Below the pieces are notes generated by a model. It ran no database searches, was not told the origin of the DNA, and saw only the letters and a list, made by a program, of their open reading frames with translations. A program made the translations under genes and the position numbers. Positions 63,301 to 64,000 of a stretch of DNA of 64,000 nt are shown one piece after another. The stretch spans positions 15,748,001-15,812,000 of the forward strand of contig OZ024761.1 of NCBI GenBank assembly GCA_964016885.1. Direction: 5' to 3'. The stretch comes from Eledone cirrhosa. Lineage: Eukaryota. Each line of letters starts with the position of its first letter. Position 1 is the first letter of the stretch.

Positions 63301-64000
63301 ACACAGAGGAGATAATTGTTTCTACTTTAGGCACAAGGCCAGCAATTACCCAGTGCATTACTGGTACTTTATTTTATCGACCCCGTAAGGATGAAAGGCA
63401 AAGTCAACCTCGGCGGGATTTGAACTCAGATCGTAAAGGGTCGTAACTATGCTGGAAAGCATGGCGTCCGACACTCTACCGATACTGCCAATCCACCGCC
63501 CTCAGAGGAGATAATGAAGGGACGTGGCAAGTGAGGAGATGCTGTGCTGAAAAGGACCCTTTCAACCCAAGCCAGCATGGAAAAATGGATGTAAAAACGA
63601 TAATGATGATGATGATATATATTTACATATATATATTATAGTCAGTAGACACCTCTTAACCCATAATACACCCCACACACCCTACTCCATCCTCCCACTC
63701 CCACCAACACCACCCTTTCTCTGTAAAGTTATGCTGGTACCACAGAACACCCAACCCACACTGTAAAGTGATCGTGTAGGTAACACAACAAAAAGCACCC
63801 AGTCCACACTGTAAAGTGGTTGTGTAGGAGACACGGTAAAAAGGCTCCCAGTCCACACTGTAAATGTGGTTGGTGTTAGGAAGGACATCCAGCCGTAGAA
63901 AACCTGCCAGGGACAGTTCTATACAAGCGAGACACGGTCACCCAACCAATCTTGCCTCAAGTGGGACAAACCTATCCAACCCATGCTAGTGTGGAAGATG

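Overview
AT-rich, repeat-dense animal genomic DNA; the repeat families and (TA)n/(CA)n load suggest an octopus-like cephalopod (inference). There are two convergent protein-coding genes. (1) A complete 17-exon pescadillo (PES1/Nop7) gene on the + strand, 398-14468, about 600 aa. (2) The 3' end of a minus-strand gene: a 190-nt exon resembling GPCR TM7/helix 8 (29923-29734) spliced in phase to a 3.3-kb terminal exon encoding a low-complexity tail of about 1,090 aa (28142-24862). The rest is mobile and tandem DNA: two tRNA-derived SINE families, TTAA-flanked piggyBac-type MITEs, Tc1/mariner-type MITEs, RTE and CR1-like LINE fragments, a Penelope-like GIY-YIG fragment, several hammerhead-ribozyme motifs in (TA)n-embedded elements, and a 6.4-kb 18-bp satellite with a 2-kb higher-order repeat. 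The most striking structure is a local segmental duplication (30.7-35.6 kb vs 36.0-47.6 kb). Its two copies carry the segment between 540-bp inverted repeats in opposite orientations and differ by a 7.2-kb block containing the satellite. All analysis was by eye; no searches were run.
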